In this document: positions 15,636 to 27,529 of the stretch, one piece after another
Layout: every line of letters begins with the position of its first letter
How positions within the stretch are numbered: position 1 is the stretch's first letter
Assembly (NCBI GenBank): GCA_964247055.1
Contig: OZ176054.1
Span: 2,201,001-2,234,000 of the forward strand
Length of the DNA: 33,000 nucleotides
Source of the DNA: Paragordius varius
Lineage: Eukaryota; Animalia; Nematomorpha
Direction of reading: 5' to 3'
Position numbers and translations under genes: made by a program
Notes under the pieces: model-generated
The model's database searches: none
Seen by the model: the letters and a program-made list of their open reading frames with translations, nothing else
What the model was told of the DNA's origin: nothing

Positions 15636-17278
15636 TTAAGCCTTTTGCCCCGATTTGCATGATGTGCATTTCTCTTTATTCACGCATGTTCCACCTTTTA
15701 AGAAAATAATATAGTAGCAATTGAAATTATATGGACAAAACGTAAAAAATCAAAAGACAACTAACTATATTTTAAAAAACTTTAATTTTTTGAATATAAT
15801 ATAACCTCTTATTTTGGGTAGTATAAAAAAATAATACTTAAAATGATTTCAGATTTAATAATATATTTGACATGTGTCATGATTAGGCAGTATAGAAAAT
15901 AATATAGATTTTAATTGGATAACTCAAAATCTATATTATTTGGCATTTAGATTTAAGGTTAATCTTGATAATTTTAATTTTTTCTAAATAATAAAATTGG
16001 TCCAAAAAATTTTTAAATAAAATATAATTTTAAAATCACTTACAAGTACTGCAATTTGCACAGGGTTCTCCTGGAGGGCATTTATCATGGCATTTGGTAC
16101 AGCACTAAAATATGCCAGATGTAAAAATTTTAATATAAATTTACTTAATTTAAAAAACATTTTTAATTAATTTTAAGTATTCTTTTAATGATAATTAAAT
16201 TAATAAATTTGATTTAATATTTATTGAAATAAGTAAAAAGCATAAATTCTATATACCAAATATTAAAAATATGCGTTTGAATTTTTAAAAATTAAATAAT
16301 AAAAAATAAATACTTTACAACAGCCTTTGCTACAACCGTGACATTGTTTATCGTGATGACCTAGTATTAAAAATAAAAATTTTAAAATTAAATTAAAGAT
16401 TGTATAGAATATTTTATTTCATTAAATAAAATTCTTGTATATAAGAAAAAACAAGGATTACCACAGTTTTAATAAAATAATAACTTAAATCATGGCTTTA
16501 AAATTTTGGCAATTCAATTTAATCAAAAGTTTGCTCTGAAGGACACGGATTTTAGCGTAATGAATGTTTTATTAAATAATTATTATTCAAAAGTGCATAT
16601 GATTACAACTATTCTTTACTCAAATATTATAAAAAGATCTATTTATGGGTACATGTTAAAGGTGATTACGTCTCAAGTTTAAGCTTCAATGAATAAATAT
16701 ATGATATGCAAAAGGCGGAAAATAGAAAAACAATCACTTTTCAACTTATGAGCAAAAAGATACCATAAGTATTAAATTCGGAAAAAATCCATGTAATTTA
16801 GTCAAAAAAACATTAATTAAGTTTAATAAACAACAATCATATAAAGTTATTTATATTTATCAGGTCTAATGTTCAATCGATGGGTTAAAAAAGCGCCCCC
16901 GGAAAATTAATTTGCCACATCCTGCGTTAACCGAATGACCTAAAACAAAAACCGTTGCGGTTTGAAATAAAATCACAGATCGAAGAAATTTTAAGCATTA
17001 ATCAAAAAATGATTAAATCAAAATTTAACAAGCAGGCTCCAATTGACCGTAATTATGTAGAAATATATTTAGTCAATTCGTTTAAAATGAAGAAAATACT
17101 TACATGAAACGCATTTTTCTCCATCAGCAGTCTTGCAACACTATATTCAATTCATTTAAAAATTAATTTAATGGAAATAATTGTAAAAAATTTAAATCCA
17201 TATATATATTTTTATAATTCGTACTTTACAACAATCTTTTGGGCAACTGCATTGGGCGCAATTTTTGTGTTCTTCCAT
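15636..17278 (-). CDS. Metallothionein-like Cys/His-rich protein, 93 aa with six exons (85 aa if the micro-exon is skipped)
   Basis: Exons 17278-17225, 17140-17104, 16939-16916 (GC donor), 16360-16314, 16104-16044, 15694-15636 give MEEHKNCAQCSCPKDCCKCCKTADGEKCVSCHSVNAGCGHHDKQCHGCSKGCCKCCTKCHDKCPPGEPCANCSTCGTCVNKEKCTSCKSGQKA*: 24 Cys, 6 His, no aromatic residue, CxC/CxxC/CC motifs; splice phases consistent. Metal binding is inferred from composition only. Confidence 0.8.
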
Positions 17279-18913
17279 TTTTTGGCAAATTGGTGTAAAA
17301 TATAAATAAAAATTGAGAGAGATAAATATAAATTTTTAAATGTGAAAATATGATTACTCACTTTTATATAATGATAAATAAAAACTATTGTCTACCAAAA
17401 AATCAATACACAAAGCGTTGTAACAAGATAACAATGTACGATACAATTTAAAGGGTATATGATTTTGCATTTTTTTAATATTGTAAAATTTTGACGTTTT
17501 TACTGATATTAAACTATAGTTTTAGTTTAAAATGAATTAAATTGTAAGATACCCTATTCTGAGGTATTTTTATAGTGGTTAATCGAAAATTATTTAAATT
17601 CAAATGATTGCCAATTCAATATGAAACAATTCCAATATATAATAAAGTGGCTACAAATTACTTTTGATATATATATATAAAGTTGAATTTAAAACACAAT
17701 CAAATAACTTTATTACCTTTTATGGATAGACATATAATATATATACATATAATAAATAATTTTTTTTACAGAAAAAATATATCTATCATCTCAGTTATTT
17801 ATTGGAATTTCCATTCCGAAAACTATTATTTATTTTTTGGGTGCCATTTTGGCTTTTGAAGCTTTCGGTATAAAACTTTCTATTAAAACTGAGTCGACTG
17901 TATCGAGTGTTTGCATTGAAATTATATATGAAAAAACTATACACCTCTCCCGTTTTTTTGCAAAATTTGAAAAATATTATTATATATTGGGCATAAATCA
18001 TTATTTAAACGTCAAAGGTAGCAAATAAATATCCAAATTATTTCTCATTTTAAATCTATGGGTAAACATTAAGGTATTACCAAAAAAACTTAATTTACTG
18101 AAATAGAATTGATTATTGGTGCGTAAACGCAGAAACTTTGGCTTGAAGGTCTAACGGCGAGAGATATATCTTTTATTTAATTACTACTAACTTATACAAA
18201 GGTTTTTTCTTCCATACTACATAATTTATATATAATAGAAAAACTTAGCTTTGAGACAATTTTTCGGAAGAGTATGTGCCCTTCAGAATCATTAATTTTT
18301 ATTTTGATGCACTGAATAAAGTCGGCCACACTTCATTAAATTAGCCGGTTTTTGCCGTTCTCCCGATAAAATGACATTTTTCGAAAAAAAATATTAAGTT
18401 CCAAAAAATATTTTTTACAAAGATCAGTCCAAGTTAAGCGACAAATCATTGTTTTAGGTATTCCAGTGTTAAGATAAAAATTTTAATCTAAACCTTTTTT
18501 AATTAGCTGTTAGGCAGGGTTCCACTATCTATAAAATGCTTCAACAGATAATATTAACGTGGCTTTGAAATTATTTTTCGCTTATGTTAAAAACCATATG
18601 AATTATCAATTAACAGTTTATTTATTTATAGTTAAGAAGCAAAAATTCTCTGTGTGTTTTTGTCTTTATGCTAAATCCCCTGACATATAGAAACAACGTG
18701 GCTTGAAAATAATCTTGGGTAATTTAAGATATCATATGGATTGAATTTCAACCATATCCTTATAAAAACAAAAGTACGTTTTTTAAATAAAATAATTCTG
18801 GGTAGAGCACAGCTATGGTAAATATGCCACCATTATAACGGCTAACATAGATTTTTGCCAAAGAATTTTTTATAATCTTTAAAATATGTTTGCTAAAAGA
18901 ACTTTTTCTTTAA

Positions 18914-21900
18914 TTATACATAATTTATTAAGTTTGTTGAAATAAATATGAATAAAAGAATATATTGTGATGCATTGGGAATGCTTATAGGCGCATATTT
19001 TTCATTAAGGCTTGAAACTCGAATAATGTGATATTCAAACCAAAACCCCAAAAATATCATTGCAATTTTTAGCGAAATCGAAATTAAAATTCGATGTTTT
19101 TGCATTATATTATGTACAGGTTTACTTAAATAATTTTGCGAAAATACAATAATTATAATAGATAAAATAATAGGTGAGACAGGCAACTTTATAAATTTTG
19201 TAAAAAAATATGAAAAATTTTGTGGTCTAAAATGAGTATTCTTGATAATATCTTGATACCCTCTTAATTTGAGATTCATAGAAAAGAATGTGATATATGT
19301 TTCATACATGACAGGAATATCATAAATCATTAAAGTTAACAAAATGAATTGAAATATAAATAATTTAATTACAGCATTATTTTGTCTAAACTTAAATTTT
19401 TGTGAAATCAATATTATAAAAATCCATGCCAGGCTTGGATATGTATTGAGCAATATAAGTATCGTGATATAATTTACAAATTCAAAAAAATATCTTGCTT
19501 TTGTACCATTAATATTTTTTGAGAACTTTTTAAGCAAAAAAATTCTGAAGTTTAAATAAGATGCAAAATAATTAAAACCAAGTACCATTGTATAACTTAC
19601 AACTGTAATAAAAATTATAAAACAAGATGCTATGCATAAACATAATAATATATTTATCATTCCATCTTCATAATTTGAGACAAATAACTGATGTGAGATA
19701 TATATAGGGATTATTATAAAAAAATTTAGCAAATAATTCTTAAATTTTGGAAATATAAAATTAATAAAATTGGGCCATAAAAATAGGAAAATGAAGAAAA
19801 ATATAATACGTACAGCCATTAAATAAATTAAATATTTGTGTAATAAAACAATTTGTCGACCAGCAACCACATAATTAAATTTAATCGAGATGAACTGTTT
19901 AACCACAAAATTGTCATTTGATTCAGGATTCAAAATAATGGTGAGATATGGATTTACTATAAAATTATCGTTGGTAATTTCATTTTGATTTTTTGGCATA
20001 TTATCCATTGGATCGTTTATAAAATTTAAGGCATACGTATTGTAATGTGCCAATGTACGCTGTAAAAACAGCGTAAATTTACAGTTAAACATTGGATTAG
20101 GCATAGTTTTGGATTCTAATTCTACTTCTTGACAAAAATGCAAAGGTTGAAAGAACCGTGTCTCCATTTCTAAATATTCGGTAAACGCTTCCAGATTTTT
20201 ATTGGTTTCTTTGCTGTAAAACGCTATTTTTGGTTCAATCGTAAACATTATTTGTATCTAAAAACAGAAAATTTAATAAATAAATTATAAGAAAAACGGT
20301 TAAAAATATTTTAAAAATAATTACCTGCTGAAAGATTTCATTCAAAGTTTTCAAGTCCGAAGACGTATTAGAAACGCTAATTTGCAGATCAAAATCATAA
20401 GCTTGCCAAATATGTTGCATTATGGAAGTAAGTTTAATTCGGATTATCGGTTCTGACAATGATGAAAAGTCGAACTTATTCTATCATATATAGTGAATTG
20501 ATATAATATTTTTTATCAAAAAGTTGTGTATATTATTAAAACAAAACTTAAAATATATACATTGCCATTGCTATGGTGATATATATTTTCTGTGGAATTC
20601 ATCAATAAAATTTGTGGAATAGTAAAATATTTAGGGTTAAATATGGAGCTTAAATTAATCATGATATTCGCTAAAGCACTGCTATTAATTTGAAGGTGCG
20701 TGGTTCCATTGCATTCTGAGGTAAAAACTTGGTGTTTAAAATCTTTAGAGTCAATAATCACGCGTAAAAGATAACGGATTTTATATGGTTTTTTCGATAT
20801 ATCATCATCTCTAAGTAAATTGTCTCTTGGGTTTTTTGTGTCAAATTTGTGTCGCAAATTAAAGGGTAATCGTCGTAAAGATGTCATTAAAATACCAGAT
20901 AAATCAGTGATGTTATTATGATATTGACTGTTATTTTTTGAAATCAATATTTTTGCGATTTCTTGATGTAGATTATCCAAAAACGGTTCGAAATTAATAA
21001 ATCGCTCATAGTTGACAGAATACGGTTGATTTACCAAAACGGTGAAATAAATGTTATAATCATTCTTTGATATTCCATCATCCACACATGATTTGGAAAT
21101 TTTAATAAGGAATTGATTAGGGCTTAAGGGGTAAAATATATTTTTTGTGCTGTCAATAGTTGAATTTGGAATATTTATTGGGACCTGCTTCTCAAAATAT
21201 ATCGGATTTACACGAATCCAAAAGCTACGAAAATATGCATTTTCAAGTTTCAACATTTGAGAATGGATTGCTAAATTCTTACCATTTTTATAAGAAAGTC
21301 CCATTTTAACATCAATGTAACGTGTTAGCAATCGAACCAATTCATTACACCACACGATACTCAAGTGATCATTAGGAACCCAAACTTCTGGAATATTGTT
21401 AGTTGAAACTGTCAAAGAGCTTCTACTAACAACATTTCCTTTCAGAACAGAATTTTTTGAGCTATATGCAAGAGGAACTTGAAAGTCCCCAGGCCCACCT
21501 GTGATATGTATCTCTGTCAAAGTACAGGGTTTTTGGTGATTCATATGTATGGATTTATCATGTGTAGAATATGCCGTGTAAAACGCATAAAAATTGGGAT
21601 CCCACCATAAAACTAAACATATTACATATTGTATATAATTAAAAAATATATTTAAATCAAATTGAAAATTGAACAATTTATTAAACCAAAACCAAACTAT
21701 TAAATACTAAACGCTCAAAAACGGTTTAATAAATATAGTATGGATAGAAGTAGTTTTTTGAAAGGGTGTTTGCATGTTTAAGCCTTATTACAATAAAATC
21801 AATTTGCAATCAATCACATACATCTTATGAAATAAAAAAATATTAAACGGACTTTGAAATAAAAATTAAAACTATAACTTTTAGATATGATATAAAATAT

Positions 21901-22647
21901 ATCCAAAAAAATTAATTAGTATACATAATTTGTTGTACACATACCTGGTTTGTTAAATGGAGTTGCAAGACTAATAAAAACGATATGAGACATTTTATTG
22001 TGTTTTAAATTAATTCCATCCAACATGTTATGTGACAAAATATGGTCAAGGATAACGCCACCCTAAGAAATAAATTTACTGTAAAATACCAAAGAATGAC
22101 CAATTAATACTATCGCTGGTGCATTGGAATGACTTGACAACAATGTTGCGATAGCTTTTACAGTAAAATCTAAAAATTATTTTGGCATATACTTAATTGC
22201 TTTTTTAGCAAATTAGCATTTAACGCAGACATTTCCTGTAAAATTATATTTATAAACAACTAAAAAACTTCATTAAAATCACAAGCATATACATCGTAGT
22301 TAAAATGCAACATATTTTCCAAGCCCTTAATTAACAGGACTGATGCCAAAGAACGGGATTGTTTATGGCTTCCTGAATTCCCAGGAATAAATAAGATAGG
22401 AATGTTATTTTTATCTCTTTTTTGCTGTTTGTTAAACCTTAAAAATTAGTAATAAATTTATTTACATTTCTCTATAAAGATAGAGTTTGTAATTAGAGTC
22501 GCTATTTTTAACTTTCAGTGGGATTGCTCTAAATACTGGTGGAGAATACATAAAAGTCATAGAACATTTATTTAAAACGTCCCGGCTAAGAATATCAAAA
22601 GCATTAAGGATGCTAAAGAAATGGTAAAAAAATAATATTAAAAACAT
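18914..22647 (-). CDS. PGAP1: GPI inositol-deacylase (PGAP1/Bst1 family), 8 exons, about 1047 aa
   Basis: Exons 22647-22466, 22437-22269, 22235-22193, 22169-22090, 22062-21945, 21612-20561, 20480-20325, 20257-18914; phase-consistent. Motifs CSMTFMY, IPILFIPGNSGSHKQSRS, GHSL|GG lipase serine, LATP, GGPGDFQV, DHLSIVWCNEL, hydrophobic multi-TM C-terminus. Possible extra terminal exon 18892-18842. Confidence 0.9.
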
Positions 22648-22708
22648 TTTTATCGTTTCATCTCAAATTTTTTGAATTTAAAAACTGAACCACAAATGTG
22701 AAAAGCAT
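22648..22708. promoter_or_regulatory. Putative bidirectional promoter, PGAP1/MTRF1L (61 bp between start codons)
   Basis: ATG at 22647 (-) and ATG at 22709 (+); an in-frame stop lies just upstream of the PGAP1 ATG. Inferred from position only. Confidence 0.55.
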
Positions 22709-25700
22709 ATGTTTAATTTATATTTTAAGCGAGGAATATGTCACATTTTATCCAACAAAAACCCATTTTTCTTGAATTTTCGGAACAAACTTGTTGAAAA
22801 TAAATATTGTTCAGCCACTTTACTCGATCAATTATCCAAATATGAAAATGATATTAAGGATTTATCCGAATTTTCCAGTTGTTTGTTTGAATAATTAATA
22901 TTTTAGATAACGAAACCGATTCCCTTTTAAAAACAATAGCTGATAACGACATAAAAAATATTAATGAAAAACTTACCCTTATAAGACATGAGGTTTAATA
23001 TTTTATTAAATTAGATTTTTACTGATACGGTTAAAAAATATAATTTAATCAATAACGATTTTCTTGATACCGGTGTCAATTATTCTGAAGAAGCTTTAGA
23101 ATTAGAACTTAATGCAGGAGTTGGTGGACAAGAGTCTGCTTTGTTTGTTGAGGAGCTTCTCGATATTTACCTTAAATATTGTCAATGGCTAAATATTGAT
23201 TACTCTATGATCCAGACTGAAAACACTGAAGTTGGTAAACATTGTATTTTTTATGAGAAAGGATGCATTAAATGTCATATTTTTTGAGCATATATTAAAT
23301 TAAATAGTTGATGGGTTTTTTACAAAAATATGGGGCTCAAACGCCATATAAATAAATATATTCACAAAATCAAAATGTGCTGAGCAGCCGATTAGTTTTT
23401 GTTCACACATTTTTAATATACTATACCATTTACACTTCAAATTTACCCTTGAACAATTTAAATACCCTCTAACAATTCAAATTCACCCTAAAATAAATTA
23501 TATGTTTTTTAAGATTCAACATTTACTATATTATTTTATTATTTTGAAAAATGAAATTCGGTTAGAAATAAACAATATAAGCCATAATATTTCATACTAA
23601 TATAAGTTATATTAATTGAAAACGCATAATTTTATTTTAGAGTAAATTTGAATGTCCGAGCATGATTTGAATTGTTTAAGGGTGAATTTATATTATAAAT
23701 GGTATATAACATACAATGTTAAAAAATTTATGTAATATATCCGTCATAATTTATAAATTTTACGATATTCTTTTTCGATCTATCTAAAGGTTGTTTAAAA
23801 AAAATATATATATCATTATATACTATATTTACTAAAATAAATTTTTTTAAATAGTGGTTGCGCGATCATTTTAATTATATGCCATGTTTTATCAACAAAT
23901 TTGTTATGTCGAAAGAACGTCCTTAATAGAAAACTTTGGTTTAAGCCTACTTTAAGTATTTTAGGCCACCTGAATAACGGATTTACGATACACTCCCGAT
24001 TTTTTTATACTTCTATGGTGCTTTATTCCTATAAACTAAATTTTGAAAAATTTGTTCACCCTTAATTTTTATGTTATAAAATTTTATTGGCAGTTTTTTG
24101 AACACCACAAAAATATATATTTCTTTAAAATAAATACAAATTTAATTAAAATATAAATGTTTTTTACGGATCAATTATATTATTATTTTTGCCTTTTTAG
24201 GAGGGATTAGAAAAGCCAAAATTAAATTAAGCGGAAATCGCGATCATTTATCGTTGATTAAATTGGAGTCTGGCGTTCACAGAGTTCAACGAGTACCCCG
24301 TACTGAGCGATATGGGCGAATTCATACGAGCACTGTAGCAGTCAGTTTATTACCCCTCTTTGAAACGGTAAAATTGTTTTATTTTATATTTTATTTTCGT
24401 TAATAATAGATTAATTTAGTATTATTCTGTGTATATATATATTTTACGATAGTTAAATTTCTTTTGACTTTTTTTATAATTCACATTATGTAAAAAAGTT
24501 TGAAATTTACTCTTTATTGATAGTTAGTTATCCAATTCTAAAACAAACGGTTTAGAGAAATACATTAATATTATTAATTCATTATGTAGACAGAAAATCA
24601 TTACATACACGGTTAAAATTTAAATTATACCGTAAATAATAAAAGACAACACTTTTTTTAACGACAACCATACTTTTTTATAATCGATATAATTAAAATA
24701 ATTGACTGAGTATAGCACTTTTTTTAAAAAAATATTTGTCTTTATGTTTTAATATTGTATTTGTCGTTAATTTATATATTATGTAATGCAGAAAGAAATT
24801 GATTTGCCCCCAAAAGATCTAAAAATCGATACTTTTAGAGCTCAAGGCAAGGGTGGCCAACATGTCAATAAAACTGAAAGTGCTGTTAGAATAACTCATA
24901 TTCCTACAGGTTTCGGTTATATAAAAAACAAGTTTTATTTATTAAGGTTTCCCAAAATGAAAACAAAACAAGTCCCATATATATAGAATAATTTTAGTTT
25001 TTATAATTACGGTTATGATGGGAAAAATATATATTTTATCACACCGTATGGTGACATAAACAATTTTTTTATGGTATTTCATTATTTAAAATGGAATTAA
25101 AAATCAATGATAATTAAACTATCACCCACATTTATGGACACCAAATAATACCTTTATTTAAAAAATTGGCATTTTTACTTCAAATCTTCAGTCTTAAGTT
25201 AATAAATATCATATCATGTACAATACATATTATTGTTTATAGCATTCATTGAATATAAATTTCATCCAAATCTATGTTTCATATATCCACAATTTTTTTT
25301 CGAATTATGCTAGGAATCGTGTCGGAATGCCAAGAGGAACGCAATCAATTACAAAATCGTGAAAAGGCCCTAATCTCTCTTAAAGCCAAAATCATATCGT
25401 TAGAACGAGAGAAAGAATCACAAATTTTCACGGATAGTCGCAAAAGTCAAAGAGGTATAACAAATATTATCCATTTTAGTATTATTTTTATATATGGTAG
25501 GTTAAAAATTGAATAATAAATCTGAATATATAATTACAGTCATGTATCCTTTATTTTATCTAAAATTTATTTTTTTTTCGTTAAATGGGTATAAATATTT
25601 GGTAAAGAATGGAAAAACAAGAGCTCTATGGTAATTCTTATACTTTTTGATGAATATGAGATTGTTAATACCATACAGCTCTTCCATTCTTTAATAAATA

Positions 25701-26124
25701 TATATACCCATTTAACGAAAAAAATAAATTTTTGATAAAATAAAAGGATGCATGACTGTATTGGAATTGTTCACCCCATATTCTATATATAAAGTTTTTC
25801 ATATCATTATTTATGATAGGTACGTTATCAAGAAATGAAAAAATCAGGACATACAACTTCCCCCAAGATCGAATTACGGATCATCGATTAAACATTGCTG
25901 CTCAAACAAATGTAATAAATCAGAAGAACTCTGATGACAAAAATAAGGATAAAGAAATGACAGAACTTTTTAAAAGCCCACCAGCTCAAATCCATCATTT
26001 TTCGGTTAAAAGATTTTTTGGAGAAAATCCACCGCTCGTCCTTTATGAGCTACAAAATGCTTTATTGAAACAAAGGATGGAAAAGGCATTTACAATGATA
26101 TATGAAAAACTGACTGCAACATAG
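22709..26124 (+). CDS. MTRF1L: Mitochondrial peptide chain release factor 1-like (class I, RF1 type), 7 exons, 401 aa
   Basis: Exons 22709-22877, 22907-22992, 23015-23234, 24201-24367, 24792-24909, 25314-25454, 25820-26124 (1206 nt). Motifs [40 protein letters not shown] (PxT recognition loop), [51 protein letters not shown]; basic/hydrophobic N-terminus consistent with a presequence. Confidence 0.92.
23422..23706. mobile_element. MITE with TATACCATTTAC.../...TAAATGGTATA termini, in MTRF1L intron 3
   Basis: 285 bp; long imperfect TIRs (ttcaaatttacccttgaacaatttaaat vs atttgaattgtttaagggtgaattt); homologous to 12419-12650. Confidence 0.8.
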
Positions 26125-26563
26125 CGTTTAAATTTTATACTCTTGGTTAAATAAATTAACAACATGACTATTACTTATTAGAATTAATTTTATCAAAGGC
26201 AAAATATATTTCTTCGAATGATTCAAAATTTTTATAAAAAGAGCCTAGTTTATAAAATTTGTTTTTTTTTCTATTTAAAGTAGGTATAGTGTGGTACAAG
26301 TATATAACTTAAAATTATATATTGCTATATTTATTATTTATTTCATTGGATTATAAATGGCTTGGAGTTGAATATATTCATTCTTCATTCCTAAAAATAA
26401 TAGACAAAAAATTATTAAAAAGTAAAAAAAACTAAGAGTAATTATCAAGGTTCGGTCAGACCGCGACTGAAATCACTTTAAAACATATTATTCAAGATAT
26501 TATATCCAAAATTTAAATCAATTATATGTTAATAAATTAAAATGGATTACTATTAAAAATAAT

Positions 26564-27529
26564 TTAGAGCTTAAATAAAAAATATTTTTGAATATTATAG
26601 ATTTAATTGTCTGCTCATGCCGTGAATAACTGATTTATAAGGGGTCCAGCGGTTATAATTTTCTGAGTGGTCAAACCAACAAAATAACGATCAAAACATA
26701 ATAGTGCTTAAACCGCAATTTTATATTTAAAATGAAAAGGGCAATATATGTACCAGAGGTATTTCCAATTCTCCGCTCTTAATTTTTTCGATTAAATCAT
26801 GAGGGGCATTACCCTCAATGGTGCAGCCAACGGATTGAGCAGTTCCCAAAACTTCTTTAACGGTTCCAACAAGAGCTTTAGCCATTGACCGAGGTCGCAT
26901 TGCCCGAGCAATTTCCATAATATCGTCCATAGTTATGTCACCATTGTGTTTAACTGTTATTTTTAACAAAAAATATTGGGAGATGTGCTTTAAATATGTA
27001 TACAATATAATAGCAGAAATAAAGCCAAAATTATTAAAAACCATAGTAAATCAAGAAATTAAAGACAGATTAAGCAACGTTTTTTATATACAATTAGTAA
27101 AAACTACTATAATATTGTTTAAATATAATAAAACTTACTATTTTTGACTTTTTTCCTATCACGAGGCGGTTCTTTAAGAGCTTTAATTAACATAGATGCT
27201 GTGGATGGAACTACTTCAATGGTTGCTTGACGATTTTGAATAGTTAATTTAACGGTAATCTTCAAACCTTTCCAATCTTGTGATGCTTTCGCTATATCAT
27301 CACCAATTTTTTTGGGTGACTGTTAATAATATTTACAATAGATGAGCAATAAAAATGGGTATTCGGAAATAAAATAAAAACTTACCAAACCAAGAGGACC
27401 AACTTTAGGGGCCAATGACGAAGTAGCACCGACTTCTCCACCAACAGCTCTTAGACAAACTAAACTTTTAAAAACAAAAATTTTACCGACTGTAATCGCA
27501 TTGGGATCACCACCTTTTGGGGGAGGCAT
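26564..27529 (-). CDS. RPL12: 60S ribosomal protein L12 (uL11), 5 exons, 167 aa
   Basis: Exons 27529-27487, 27459-27386, 27319-27139, 26953-26754 and probably 26569-26564 (CTC TAA). Sequence includes [55 protein letters not shown]...KEPPRDRKK...[14 protein letters not shown]. Last 6-nt exon is inferred; unspliced alternative stops at 26727. Confidence 0.96.
26605..26735 (-). ncRNA. Candidate H/ACA-type snoRNA in the last RPL12 intron
   Basis: GC-richer island in a 184-nt intron; hairpin with internal loop at 26611-26670; ACA at 26610-26608, 15 nt from the top of the loop; an ANANNA-type AGAAAA is also present. No convincing rRNA target found by eye. Confidence 0.35.

Noticed and set aside
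15897-15941. Perfect 16-bp inverted repeat with a 13-nt loop in the last intron of the Cys-rich gene
   Set aside because: Arms are almost all A/T, with no TSD or second copy seen; plausible by chance or local slippage.
16361-16915. Separate start for a second metallothionein gene
   Set aside because: Minus-strand ATGs here hit stops within a few codons. The one ATG|gt donor (about 16764) is phase 0 and would put the next exon in a Cys-free frame.
17254-17260. Metal-response-element core TGCGCCC on the minus strand
   Set aside because: It lies inside coding exon 1 (Cys-Ala-Gln codons); I saw no MRE core in the upstream region.
18110-18200. piggyBac-like peptide RKRRNFGLKV on +
   Set aside because: Too short, with no catalytic-aspartate motifs or TTAA-flanked TIRs nearby.
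25017-25065. About 45-bp similarity, in opposite orientation, to 31487-31530
   Set aside because: The match is carried mostly by an AT-rich gataaaatatatatttt core; too little to define an element.
26605-26735. Orthology to SNORA65/snR34
   Set aside because: The guide sequences as I recall them (complements of the LSU GGCUUGUGGC and GUCGGCUCUUCCUA regions) are not present in the right positions.
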